This document shows, piece after piece, positions 1 through 9,793 of a stretch of 64,000 nucleotides of DNA. The stretch is from an uncultured delta proteobacterium. GTDB taxonomy: Bacteria; Desulfobacterota; RBG-13-43-22. Made by a program: the position numbers and the translations under genes. The notes under the pieces are model-generated. The model made no database searches. It was not told the DNA's origin and saw only the letters and a list, made by a program, of their open reading frames with translations. The DNA lies in NCBI GenBank assembly GCA_963790475.1, contig CAWBOS010000012.1, positions 288,001-352,000 of the forward strand, written 5' to 3'. Numbering within the stretch: position 1 is the first letter of the stretch; the number at the start of each line of letters is the position of its first letter.

Positions 1-3000
1 CAACTGATTCAGCGTTAAAAAGTCGCCTCGGTGCCATGAGGGAAGCCATAGAGGGAGAAAATAATAACCAAAATCTTCACCTGGATTTTTACGATCGTGG
101 ACGAATTGCAACCTGGGTGCGTTCACATCCTTCATTGATCCTATGGGTACGCAAAAAGATCGGGCGCGAACTGAGCGGCTGGCGACCCTATGAGAATTGG
201 GCGAAAGCTCCGGGAGGGATAGAGGAAGAATATCTTTTGGATGACGGATTGAGGCTCCATGATGGGACTAACGCCAGAGATAAAGGGGTGTCAACGAAAG
301 AGGGTCTACAAAAACTCAGATCGGAACTTTCCATTCCTGGTAATTCTGTTCGGTTAACCGGTTTGTCGGGGGTAGGAAAAACCCGGCTGATTCAAGCCAT
401 GTTTGACGAAAGAGTCGGAGAACAAGCGCTTAACAGATGCCAAGCATTTTATGCCGATATGTCCGACAGTCCTGATCCTGATCCGAGGACATTTGCCGAA
501 CAACTTATCGCTCATAAGACAAGAGCAATACTGATTGTCGATAATTGTCCTCCCGATTTGCATCGTCGGTTAACACAATGCTGTTCTGAATCGCATAGCA
601 CTGTTAGTTTGCTCACAGTTGAATATGATGTTCGGGATAACCTTCCCGAGGAAACAAGCGTATTTAGATTAGAACCGGCCAGTGATGAGATTATTGAAAA
701 ACTGGTTGAAAAGCATTTTCCACATATCAGCCAGGTTGATGCCCGGACAATCGCAAACTTTTCAGGAGGTAACGCGCGGGTAGCCATTTCACTTGCCAAT
801 ACAATCCAACATGGTGAGACTCTGTCAGGTCTTCGCGATGAAGAATTATTCGAAAGACTTTTCCGGCAAAGGAATGAACCAAATGAAAACCTGCTCATAT
901 CGGCAGAGGTATGCTCTCTGGTTTATTCATTTGAAGGTACGGATACTAATTCAGAAAAATCTGAATTAAATTTCCTGGCATCTCTCATTGGCAAGTCGGG
1001 GGCCGAATTGTATCGGGATGTTAAAACGCTTAAGGAACGGGATTTGGTACAATCCCGGGGGTGTGGAGAGCCGTGCTCCCCCACGCTATCGCCAATCGTC
1101 TTGCCCAACGCGCGCTTGAATCCATACCGAAAGACACGCTCGTTCAGGCTTTTCTCCAAAGCGGATCGGAGCGGTTGATAAAATCATTTTCGCGGCGTCT
1201 TAATTATCTTCATGACTGCAATCCAGCCATTGAGATAGTTAATGAGTGGCTGTCGCCTGATAGTTGGCTTGGAAAAGCGAATTGTAATTTTAATGACTTT
1301 GGAATGGAGATATTCAGGAACATAGCCCCAGTATCTCCGGAAAAAGCATTGGAAGCAATAGAACGCGCCGCAAACGGAGAAGGAGGAGCAGGATTTACGT
1401 CCAGAGAGTGTCCGCGCTATTATGAATTTGTGAAGCTCTTGTGGCATTTGGCCTATGATCCTGAGTTGTTCGAGAGAAGCACTAAGCTCTTGTGCCGTTA
1501 TGCGCTTTCAGAAAAATCAGAGGAAAATCGTAATTCTACACGCGACTTTCTTAAATCTCTTTTTTATCTTTACCTGTCCGGCACTCATGCCCCAGTTGAA
1601 GAAAGAGCCAAGATCATTGAGGAGTTGGTAGATTCTGAAGATCAGGATAAGCAAGGACTAGGGCTCTCCCTTTTGGATGCAGCACTGGAAACATGGCACT
1701 TTAGCTCAATTCATGATTTCGGGTTTGGCGCAAGGTCCAGGGATTATGGATATTATCCTAGGACACGCGAGGAAATAGTTAGCTGGTATGAAGTTTTTAT
1801 CGGGATTTGCACCCACTTGGCCCTTTCAGACCAACCGATTGCCAAACAAGCCAAAAAAATCCTATCCGATAATCTGCGCGGCCTATGGACAAAGGCTGGC
1901 ATGTTTGAAGTGTTGGAGAATTCAGTCAAACAAATTCATGAGCGCCAGGCATGGAACGAGGCCTGGATCGCAGTACGGGGAATAATCCGGTATGACAATA
2001 AGGGATTCACAAATGATATTTCAGAAAGACTACATAGGATAGAAAAACTCTTAAAGCCTAATGATCTATTAGAACGTGCACGTACTTTCGCATTATTAGA
2101 TGAACAGTCTACCTTCGATCTGGAAGAGGATGTTGATGTTGATGAGGCTGGAGCCGGAGTATCCGCATGGACACGAACTCAAGAGACTACCCGCGAAATA
2201 GGTGCCCTAGTTGCTCAAAACCCTGACACACTTGAAGCGCTCTTGCCCGAACTCGTTTCCACGGACAATACGCGGCTCTATAGCTTCGGAAGAGGCCTAG
2301 CTGATGGCTGTGATGACAAAAAGGAATTCTGGCAACTCTTGTATGCCCAGCTTGAAAAGACGCCGGCCGAAAAACGGAAAATCAGGATCTTTATGGGCTT
2401 CCTTTCCTCATGCGCGGAAACCGACCCGGTATTCTATAATTCCACACTTGATAACTTAATAACCGATGAATTGCTTGGAGAATGGTTTCCTTTTTTCCAA
2501 ACAACGTCAACCATAGATCAGAGAGGGGTTGAACGCTTACATAAAGCTTTGGATACTGGAAAGGCAAAGATACATACTTTCGGACATCTTGCTTGGGGAC
2601 GTGTTCATGAATCCATAAGTGATGATGATCTGGCCGAGCTTTTAAGGAAAATCCTCTCCAAGGAGAACGGCTTGGATGTGGTAGTCGAAATTTTGAAGAT
2701 GAGATTTCATTCACCGGAAGAAAAGGCGCGCGATTATTCCGATAATCTGGTTTCGGTCGCGCGCAATGTGTTATCGATATATCCCTTGTCTGAAGGACGC
2801 CGAAGGCATAGCGGTGAGGATTATGCCCTCACACAAATAAGCCACATATGTCTTAAAGGGGAAGGAGGCGCTAACGCTGCCAAAGATATATGCCAACATC
2901 TCGCAGAAGCGATTGCTAATAATCGTGTTTATGTTTTCGATTATCCAAGTCTACTTAACATCCTTGCCAGCACACATCCCATGGTATTTTTGGACATGTT

Positions 3001-3478
3001 TGTAGGGAATAAAGACATTAAAGACTACCAGCGAAGAAGGATGTTTGACTATGATTTCAATAATAGGCGCGGTAATCCCCTTGATAACATTTCTGAGAGC
3101 GACCTTATTTCTTGGTGTGATAAGGACCCAGAATCTCGTTATTTAATGATCGCCTCGGCGATGCAGCCTTTTGAGGAATCAGCGGAGGCAGGCAAGTTAG
3201 TCTGGAAGCCTATCGTGGATACCATTTTTGAGAAGGCACCGGATTTGGGCAAAGTTTTTGAATCCCTATCACGGGCCATGAGGCCCACGGGATGGAGTGG
3301 TTCACTCGCGGATATTTTGCAGCAGCGATTGATTTTATTTCATGATCTGTATCAGCATCATAATGCAGAAGTTAGGGCTTGGGCCAAACGTCAGCATTCG
3401 GCGTTGCAGGAATCAATCAAGAGGGAACGTGAATCGGAAGAGAGTCGAAACCCCGATCGAAATGAGAGCTTCGAGTAA
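1..3478 (+). CDS. Large STAND-like P-loop ATPase, putative defence protein; 5'-truncated by the window edge and split by a one-base frameshift near 1057-1061
   Basis: The frame is open from base 3 (TDSALKSRLGAMREA...). Walker A GLSGVGKT and Walker B-like ILIVDNC are followed by a long helical C-terminal region. ORFs 36..1178 and 1061..3478 join as QSRG-VWRAVLPH if one G is added to the G5 run at 1057-1061. Visibly AT-richer than neighbours. Confidence 0.65.
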
Positions 3479-3828
3479 GATAATTTTAATCTCAATGAGT
3501 TCCTTTTAACTATATGAATGAAGATCTTCAACCAATATTTGAAATCTTGTTACCTGGTTTAGAAAAGTGTGGGATTGATTATTGGGTTTATGGAGGTGTC
3601 AGTATAGCTGCATATGCTAGAAAATTTGTTAGATCAAACAAAGGACGTCGATGTTTTTGTAATTGAAAATGACTTCGAAAAAGGGATAACTAGGGTCTGT
3701 TTTCTTAACAATCTGCTTTAATGTTAAGAAAATAAACCTGTGCTGGTTTGACGAAAGCCAAGGGAAAATTCAAATAAAAAGATGTTGGTTTGGATGGAAA
3801 AACAAAGGCTGACCTCCCCCGGTCGGAT

Positions 3829-5358
3829 CTACCAGTCGATAGGAAAATAATCTTTCAGAAATTTACCGGACCAGTGTTTCCCGGTTAAAATCCCATCAAA
3901 GAAGGGATCGCAGATCCTGGCCGCTCCATCCACAATGTCTAATGGGGGCTGGAAATCATGCACTTCCTGTTTAAATTTAGAAAGCTCCACGGGGTCTTCA
4001 TCGGTAACCCAACCGGTATCAACCGCATTCATATAGATCCCATCTCTGGCTAAATCTTCGGCGGAGGTATGGGTCATCATATTCAAGGCCGCTTTAGCCA
4101 TGTTGGTATGGGGATGTCTATCATCTTTCTTGAATCTGAAAAATTTTCCTTCCATGGCGGTCACATTGACAATATGCTTTTGCCCGGTATAATCGCGCTT
4201 CATTAAAGGGGCTAATCTATTGCATAACACAAAGGGAGCCACGGCATTCACCAATTGAACTTCAAGCATCTCGTCGGTTTGTATTTCTCCAAGCCGTAAA
4301 CGCCAACTGTTGGTCCTGCGCAGATCCACCTGTTGAAGGTCGGCATCCAGCTTTCCTTTTGGAAATACTTCCTTAGAGATCAGGGAATGATCATGACTAT
4401 AAGGAATCTGTGATAGTTGAGCGGATTCACGCAGCCCAATTCCAGGTCCCTGATCCTGCCAGGCTACCGGAAGGGCGGATCCTCGTTCCTGGATAGTAGG
4501 ACAAAAAGACTTAAGCTGATTTTTACACATCTCATGGTCTTCAAGCAGTTTCCGGACCTCAGCGGACCGGGTCCGAATCCCGTTTATTTCATTTTCAATA
4601 AGATGGGCATAAAAACCCGGAGGCCGCCTGACCGTCTGGGCCGCATTATTGATCAATAGGTCAAGACGCCCATACCTTTGTTCTACAAATCTGGTAAAAA
4701 TTTCAACACTGGGAATATGTCTCAGATCGAGACCATGAATCTGCAATCGATCTCCCCATTCAGCAAATCCCTCTTCCTGGGAATATCGGGTGGCGGAATC
4801 GACCGGAAACCGGGTGGTCGCAATAACCCGGGCTCCGGCACGCAGCATCATCAGAGTCGCCTGATACCCGATTTTCACCCGGGCGCCGGTAATCAGAGCC
4901 ACCTGCCCCTGAAGAGAGGCGGTCTGAAAACGTTTCCTATAATTCAGATCACCGCATTTTTTACACAAGGTATCATAGAAAAAGTGCAGATGGGTGAACT
5001 CTTCTTTACAGACATAGCAATTGCGGGGGGCAACTAATTCTTCGTCTTTAGGTTCAGATTCTGACGGATTGAATTCAATCTCTTTCGGTGCAGTAAAGGT
5101 TGTATCAAACCGGGCCATACGAATCCCGGTCGTATTTTTGGCACGGCGGTCTTTTTCAAGAATGGCCAGACTATGTTTTTTATTGGCCGCCTTATTTCTC
5201 TTTTTAATTTCCGCCCTGTCGGGACGGGATATTTTCCCGGTTACTTTCAGAAGGGCAATTCTTTGTTCTTCCGGAAGATTGGCCAGTCGGTCCGTATCTT
5301 CGGCCAGGATTTTAAGAATTGAAATACATTGATCAATTTCTTCGGAAGAATGTTTCAT
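3829..5358 (-). CDS. Extended SDR-family oxidoreductase with N-terminal CxxC...CxxC region
   Basis: [11 protein letters not shown] Rossmann motif, [18 protein letters not shown] active-site variant, CYVC/CKKC pairs. Confidence 0.85.
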   Translation of the reverse strand: MKHSSEEIDQCISILKILAEDTDRLANLPEEQRIALLKVTGKISRPDRAEIKKRNKAANKKHSLAILEKDRRAKNTTGIRMARFDTTFTAPKEIEFNPSESEPKDEELVAPRNCYVCKEEFTHLHFFYDTLCKKCGDLNYRKRFQTASLQGQVALITGARVKIGYQATLMMLRAGARVIATTRFPVDSATRYSQEEGFAEWGDRLQIHGLDLRHIPSVEIFTRFVEQRYGRLDLLINNAAQTVRRPPGFYAHLIENEINGIRTRSAEVRKLLEDHEMCKNQLKSFCPTIQERGSALPVAWQDQGPGIGLRESAQLSQIPYSHDHSLISKEVFPKGKLDADLQQVDLRRTNSWRLRLGEIQTDEMLEVQLVNAVAPFVLCNRLAPLMKRDYTGQKHIVNVTAMEGKFFRFKKDDRHPHTNMAKAALNMMTHTSAEDLARDGIYMNAVDTGWVTDEDPVELSKFKQEVHDFQPPLDIVDGAARICDPFFDGILTGKHWSGKFLKDYFPIDW

Positions 5359-5600
5359 GACAATTCATTTTTTACTCTCTTTCATTTATTTCATCTTGAA
5401 AAAAAGTCGGAGTATAGCAAGAATAGACTCTTTAGTCGAATATTTAAATTTCTTGAAATCAAGTTTGAAGGCCGGCCTTTAGATTCTGATTTCATAAATA
5501 AGACATAAGTGATAAAAGATGTTCCAGGTCCAGGCCACCTTGGCATAAGTGGAACCGGTGTTGGTTACCCTGTCAGTTCCCCAATGAGGAGAGAACGCCG

Positions 5601-6611
5601 ATGAAAATGAGAACCTTTCTCAGCCTGATTCGAGATGGCCAGTTTTCTTTGATGTTGAGGCTCAAAAAAAGCTCTGAAGAATTTTATCGGGTCTGTTTTA
5701 TCATGGCCGGGTTAAAAGGAGGGATCTATGATCGGTTGGGGCAAGGGCCGGTCAGCTTTGAGAAACTGAATGCGGAATTCGGATCCAAGCATGACCCGAA
5801 AAAATTAGAAGCCTGGTTGGAAGTAGGGGTTCGCCTGCGGGAATTAAAATACGGCAGGGACGGCTATTCCCTCGGCAGCCGATTATCCAAAAAGTTGGCA
5901 ACACCCTTTTATGATGCGCAACGGGCCTTCCTGGAGGAATTTGTTCTCCTGCATCATACCCTCCTGACCGAGTCGCCGAACAGAATCAAGCAGGACCGGA
6001 TGTTCTCCTGGCCAGACACTGACGGGGAGTTAATTGCCCGCTCATCAAGGGTCCTCGAACCTTTCATCAGGGAAACAATGGACCAGGTAGTCCCCGTGAC
6101 CGGGGAATGCTCTTTGCTGGAAGTGGGCTGCGGATCGGGGGTTTACATCCGGCAGGCCTGCCAACGTAATCCGCGGTTGAAAGCCGTGGGTTTAGAAATA
6201 CAGCCGGAGGTTGGTGCTTTTGCCCGAAAAAATATCCACGATTGGCAACTCGACGATCGGGTAACCATCGAAATCGGAAACATCCTCGACTATCAGACTT
6301 CCCAGAAATTCGATCTGGTTACCCTGCATAACAACATCTATTATTTCCCGGAAGGTAAGCAGGTGGACCTGGCCCGTCACTTAAAAACTTTCTTGAAGTC
6401 GGGAGGCCGTCTGGTGGTTACGACCGGTTGCCGGGACGGTGGAGTCGCCATGAAGGTTATTAACCTATGGGCAATCATGACCGAAGGGGCCGGAACACTT
6501 CCAAAACCGGAAGAATTGCAGGCTAAACTGGTCCAGGCGGGTTTTCAAAACATCCGGATGAAGAACCTTCTGCCCGGTGACCGGTTCTATCAATTCATTG
6601 CCGGTGTTTGA
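5601..6611 (+). CDS. Class I SAM-dependent methyltransferase
   Basis: LLEVGCGSG SAM motif I; GAGGAG RBS upstream of the start. Confidence 0.85.
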   Translation: MKMRTFLSLIRDGQFSLMLRLKKSSEEFYRVCFIMAGLKGGIYDRLGQGPVSFEKLNAEFGSKHDPKKLEAWLEVGVRLRELKYGRDGYSLGSRLSKKLATPFYDAQRAFLEEFVLLHHTLLTESPNRIKQDRMFSWPDTDGELIARSSRVLEPFIRETMDQVVPVTGECSLLEVGCGSGVYIRQACQRNPRLKAVGLEIQPEVGAFARKNIHDWQLDDRVTIEIGNILDYQTSQKFDLVTLHNNIYYFPEGKQVDLARHLKTFLKSGGRLVVTTGCRDGGVAMKVINLWAIMTEGAGTLPKPEELQAKLVQAGFQNIRMKNLLPGDRFYQFIAGV

Positions 6612-6809
6612 GCAAGTGTTTGTACGAGGGTTGGCCACTTCATTCATTTATTGTGGTAAGAGATAACACGCCCCATAAAATGTTAATTCCCGGGACTTCA
6701 TGAAGCTCCTCCGGTTTGACGAGAAGACAACCTTTATATATTTACATTTACACGGCTCTAATAGTATTCTTAGTAAAATAGGATCCCCCGGCAAGAGGAG
6801 ATCTCAAAA

Positions 6810-9629
6810 ATGCATAGAAACCGATTCCTGGCCCTGTCTTCCATGTCGCTGTTCTTATGGCTCATCCTCTTCACCACCGGCGTGGTTTACGCTGAGGACG
6901 GCTGGAAGCCGGTCAAACTGCCCTCCGGAAAGGTGCTGATCAAGGCGCCTGCCGGTACCTTTGTCTCCGACCTCAACGCCTTCCCCATCAATTCCGCAAT
7001 CAGCAGGGACGGACGATATGTGGCCTTTTTGAACAACGGCTATGGGCATGAGGCGTCGGCATTCCGCAAATCCGTGGCCGTCTATGACCGCACCACAGGA
7101 AAGGTCGCCGATTTTACGGAGCCCGGAACCGGCCTCAACTTCGATGGCCCGGCCGGTATCACAACGCCCTACTACGGCATAGCCTTCAGTTCCAGCGGCG
7201 AGCGTCTTTATGTTTCCATTGCCTCGACCAAGCAAGATCCCAAGTTGGGGGATCGCACCCAAAACGGAATACGCATCTATCGCCTTGGCCAAAAAAGACT
7301 GGATCCGGAGGGTGTAATCGCTCTTCCGCCCGGCGAAATTCCTTTGCCGGCGGGGATCGTCCGGAATAATCCGGCACCGACCCCCTCCGGTCTGGCCGTG
7401 CTCCCTGATCCGGAAAACCCCGGACAGGATTTGATCTATGCCGCCCTGACCCTCAGCGACGCCGTCGTGGAGGTGAGTACCCAGACGAAAAAAATACGAC
7501 GTGTGTTTGATCTGCATAATGCCGCCGTTCATCCGGCCCTGCCTGCGGAATACCCTTATGCCGCGGCTGTCGGACAGGACGGCAGGACGCTCTATGTCAG
7601 CCTCTACAACGGCTCGGCCGTAGCGGTTGTGGACCTTGCCAGCGGCAAGGTCAATTACCTGCCTGTGGGTCTTCAGGTCAGCGGAGCTTCGATGCCCAGC
7701 AGCCATCCCAGTCACCTGGCTTTCCACCCATCGGGCAAGGCGCTTTATGTGGCCGTGGAAAACAGCGACCAGGTCAGCGTTATTGACAACGACCCCCAAT
7801 CGGACCACTACCGAAAAGTCATCGCCAGCCTGGACATCAGACCGGAGGAATTGCAGGTCCGGAAGGTCCTCGGCGCGGGTCCCAATCACCTTACTTTCAC
7901 ACCGGACGGCGGCACTCTCTTTGTTTCCTGCGGCCTGCTCAATGCCCTGGCCGTAGTCGGCATCGAAGGAAATTCAGGCACCGGGAAGCTCTCGATCAGG
8001 GGATATTTGCCTACCCTGTGGTATCCGCATACGGCGGAAGTCAGTATCGATGGAACAACGCTGTACCTGACCAGCGGGAAGGGACGCGGGACAGGACCTA
8101 ACCGACCCCATTGGCCCTATCCTCCAAGACAGCTCCCCTTTACTTACGGCCCGACTCTACTGAAAGGCTCTTTGCATCAGCTTTCCCTGAAGCAGATGGA
8201 CACGGATCTGACCCGGTTTACGGCAGCGGTTAAACGCAACAACCAGATCGATCCCGATTCGCTGGCCTCGGCCCGGGAAGCCATGGACTTCAATCCCATT
8301 CGGCACGTGATTTATGTGATCAAGGAAAATCGGACTTTCGATCAGGTTTTTGGCGACCTCAAGGGCGCCGATACAAATAAAGTATGCCTCCACTTCGGCG
8401 AAAAATATACTCCGAACCAGCATCGGCTGGCCCGTGAGTTCGGTATCTACGACAACTTCTTTGTGAGTGCCGAGGTCAGTTTCAACGGTCATACCTGGTC
8501 CACGGCCGGTATCAACAGCGGCTGGAACGAGCAACAGTGGCAGATCAACTATTCCACGGGGAACTTCACCTTTGATTCAGTAGGCCGAAACAACCTAATT
8601 CTCCCGGTGGAACACCGTCAATCCGATGTGGACACGCCTCAAGGAGGCTATATCTGGGACACGGTCTTAGGGGCAGGAAAGACGATAGGCATCTATGGGG
8701 AGTATTGTGCTAATCCTAAACAACCCCGCAAATCGTTGAAGAAGGGCGACTCGTATCCGGCCTTCCTATCCCACCCGCGTCTTGGTCCGGTGAGCAAATT
8801 TCCGTGGGAGATTCCGCTGTTCGCAGACCTGGATGAGCAGGGGAACGTTTTGGGAGGAAGCATTGCCACCAAAGAAGCCTTCCGCGGCGCCTATCAGCCT
8901 TTATATCCCGATTTTCAATTGAACTACCCGGATATCTTGAGGTTTCTGGTCTGGAAGCGGGATTTTGATCGCATTGCCGGCACCTACGAGGAATCGGGGA
9001 AGGACCTCCTGCCGGCTTTCAGCATTGTAGCCTTGCCAAACAACCACACTCGCGGCGTCGCGCCCGGCGGACCGACACCGGACGCCAGCGTGGCCGACAA
9101 CGACCTGGCCCTCGGCCTGCTGGTGGAAGCGATCTCCGGTAACCCCTACTTTTGGAGCAACACGGCGATCATTGTCGTCGAGGACGATGCCCAGGCCGGC
9201 TGCGATCATGTGGATTCGCATCGCAGCCCAATGCTCTTTATCTCCAAATATAATCCGGGCTCCAGCCGGCAGCCAAAGGTCGATTCTCGATTCCTGACTA
9301 CCGCCAGCGTCATCCGCAGTATCGAAGCGCTTCTGGAACTCCCTTCGAATAACCTAATGACTTCTACGTCGCCTCTTATCTTCACCCGCCTGGAACGCGA
9401 TCCCGGCCTGCTGCATGATCGCTATGTGGCCGACTACCAGAATCTGGAGAACGGGATGATTTTTGAGGAAGGGACCGGGGTCATCCGGGCTCAGTCGGAA
9501 TTACAGGAGCTGGTGGAGCTGACCAAAACTTTGGACCTGGATGAGGCGGATCAAGCCGACGCCTACACCCTGAACTATATCCTTGAGAGATGGGTTGCGG
9601 CGCGCGACCGGCTTCAATACCGGAAATGA
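6810..9629 (+). CDS. Secreted YVTN/YncE beta-propeller plus phosphoesterase (alkaline-phosphatase/phospholipase C superfamily) protein
   Basis: Signal peptide ending VYA-E, propeller repeats (LYVS...S.AV.VVD), IKENRTFDQVFGD and EDDAQAGCDHVDSHR motifs. Confidence 0.85.
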   Translation: MHRNRFLALSSMSLFLWLILFTTGVVYAEDGWKPVKLPSGKVLIKAPAGTFVSDLNAFPINSAISRDGRYVAFLNNGYGHEASAFRKSVAVYDRTTGKVADFTEPGTGLNFDGPAGITTPYYGIAFSSSGERLYVSIASTKQDPKLGDRTQNGIRIYRLGQKRLDPEGVIALPPGEIPLPAGIVRNNPAPTPSGLAVLPDPENPGQDLIYAALTLSDAVVEVSTQTKKIRRVFDLHNAAVHPALPAEYPYAAAVGQDGRTLYVSLYNGSAVAVVDLASGKVNYLPVGLQVSGASMPSSHPSHLAFHPSGKALYVAVENSDQVSVIDNDPQSDHYRKVIASLDIRPEELQVRKVLGAGPNHLTFTPDGGTLFVSCGLLNALAVVGIEGNSGTGKLSIRGYLPTLWYPHTAEVSIDGTTLYLTSGKGRGTGPNRPHWPYPPRQLPFTYGPTLLKGSLHQLSLKQMDTDLTRFTAAVKRNNQIDPDSLASAREAMDFNPIRHVIYVIKENRTFDQVFGDLKGADTNKVCLHFGEKYTPNQHRLAREFGIYDNFFVSAEVSFNGHTWSTAGINSGWNEQQWQINYSTGNFTFDSVGRNNLILPVEHRQSDVDTPQGGYIWDTVLGAGKTIGIYGEYCANPKQPRKSLKKGDSYPAFLSHPRLGPVSKFPWEIPLFADLDEQGNVLGGSIATKEAFRGAYQPLYPDFQLNYPDILRFLVWKRDFDRIAGTYEESGKDLLPAFSIVALPNNHTRGVAPGGPTPDASVADNDLALGLLVEAISGNPYFWSNTAIIVVEDDAQAGCDHVDSHRSPMLFISKYNPGSSRQPKVDSRFLTTASVIRSIEALLELPSNNLMTSTSPLIFTRLERDPGLLHDRYVADYQNLENGMIFEEGTGVIRAQSELQELVELTKTLDLDEADQADAYTLNYILERWVAARDRLQYRK

Positions 9630-9793
9630 CGAATAAATTTCCCCCCATCACTACCACCTGGTTCAGGAAGCTTTTGATCCTGGAGTGGAGGATTTCAAGA
9701 CAGATAGGTTCAGTGGAGTTTGGACCATTCACTCCTCCATGGTTTAGCTGCGGAGAAAGATAAAGAGGAAGTTTTCAACTGCCGCGCCGAGGA

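Noticed and set aside
1057-1061. Programmed ribosomal frameshift in the ATPase gene
   Set aside because: No canonical slippery heptamer or stimulatory structure is evident, and similar indels elsewhere point to assembly error.
3694-3738. Imperfect inverted repeat TTTCTTAACA...TGTTAAGAAA after the ATPase gene, considered as an attC or element end
   Set aside because: Single copy, no integrase and no clear attC core sites; more simply a terminator-like hairpin between convergent genes.
6855-7889. 344-aa minus-strand ORF, and similar long antisense ORFs at 26232-27230, 41795-42736 and 56375-57484
   Set aside because: They overlap well-supported genes on the opposite strand, as expected from codon bias in GC-rich genes.
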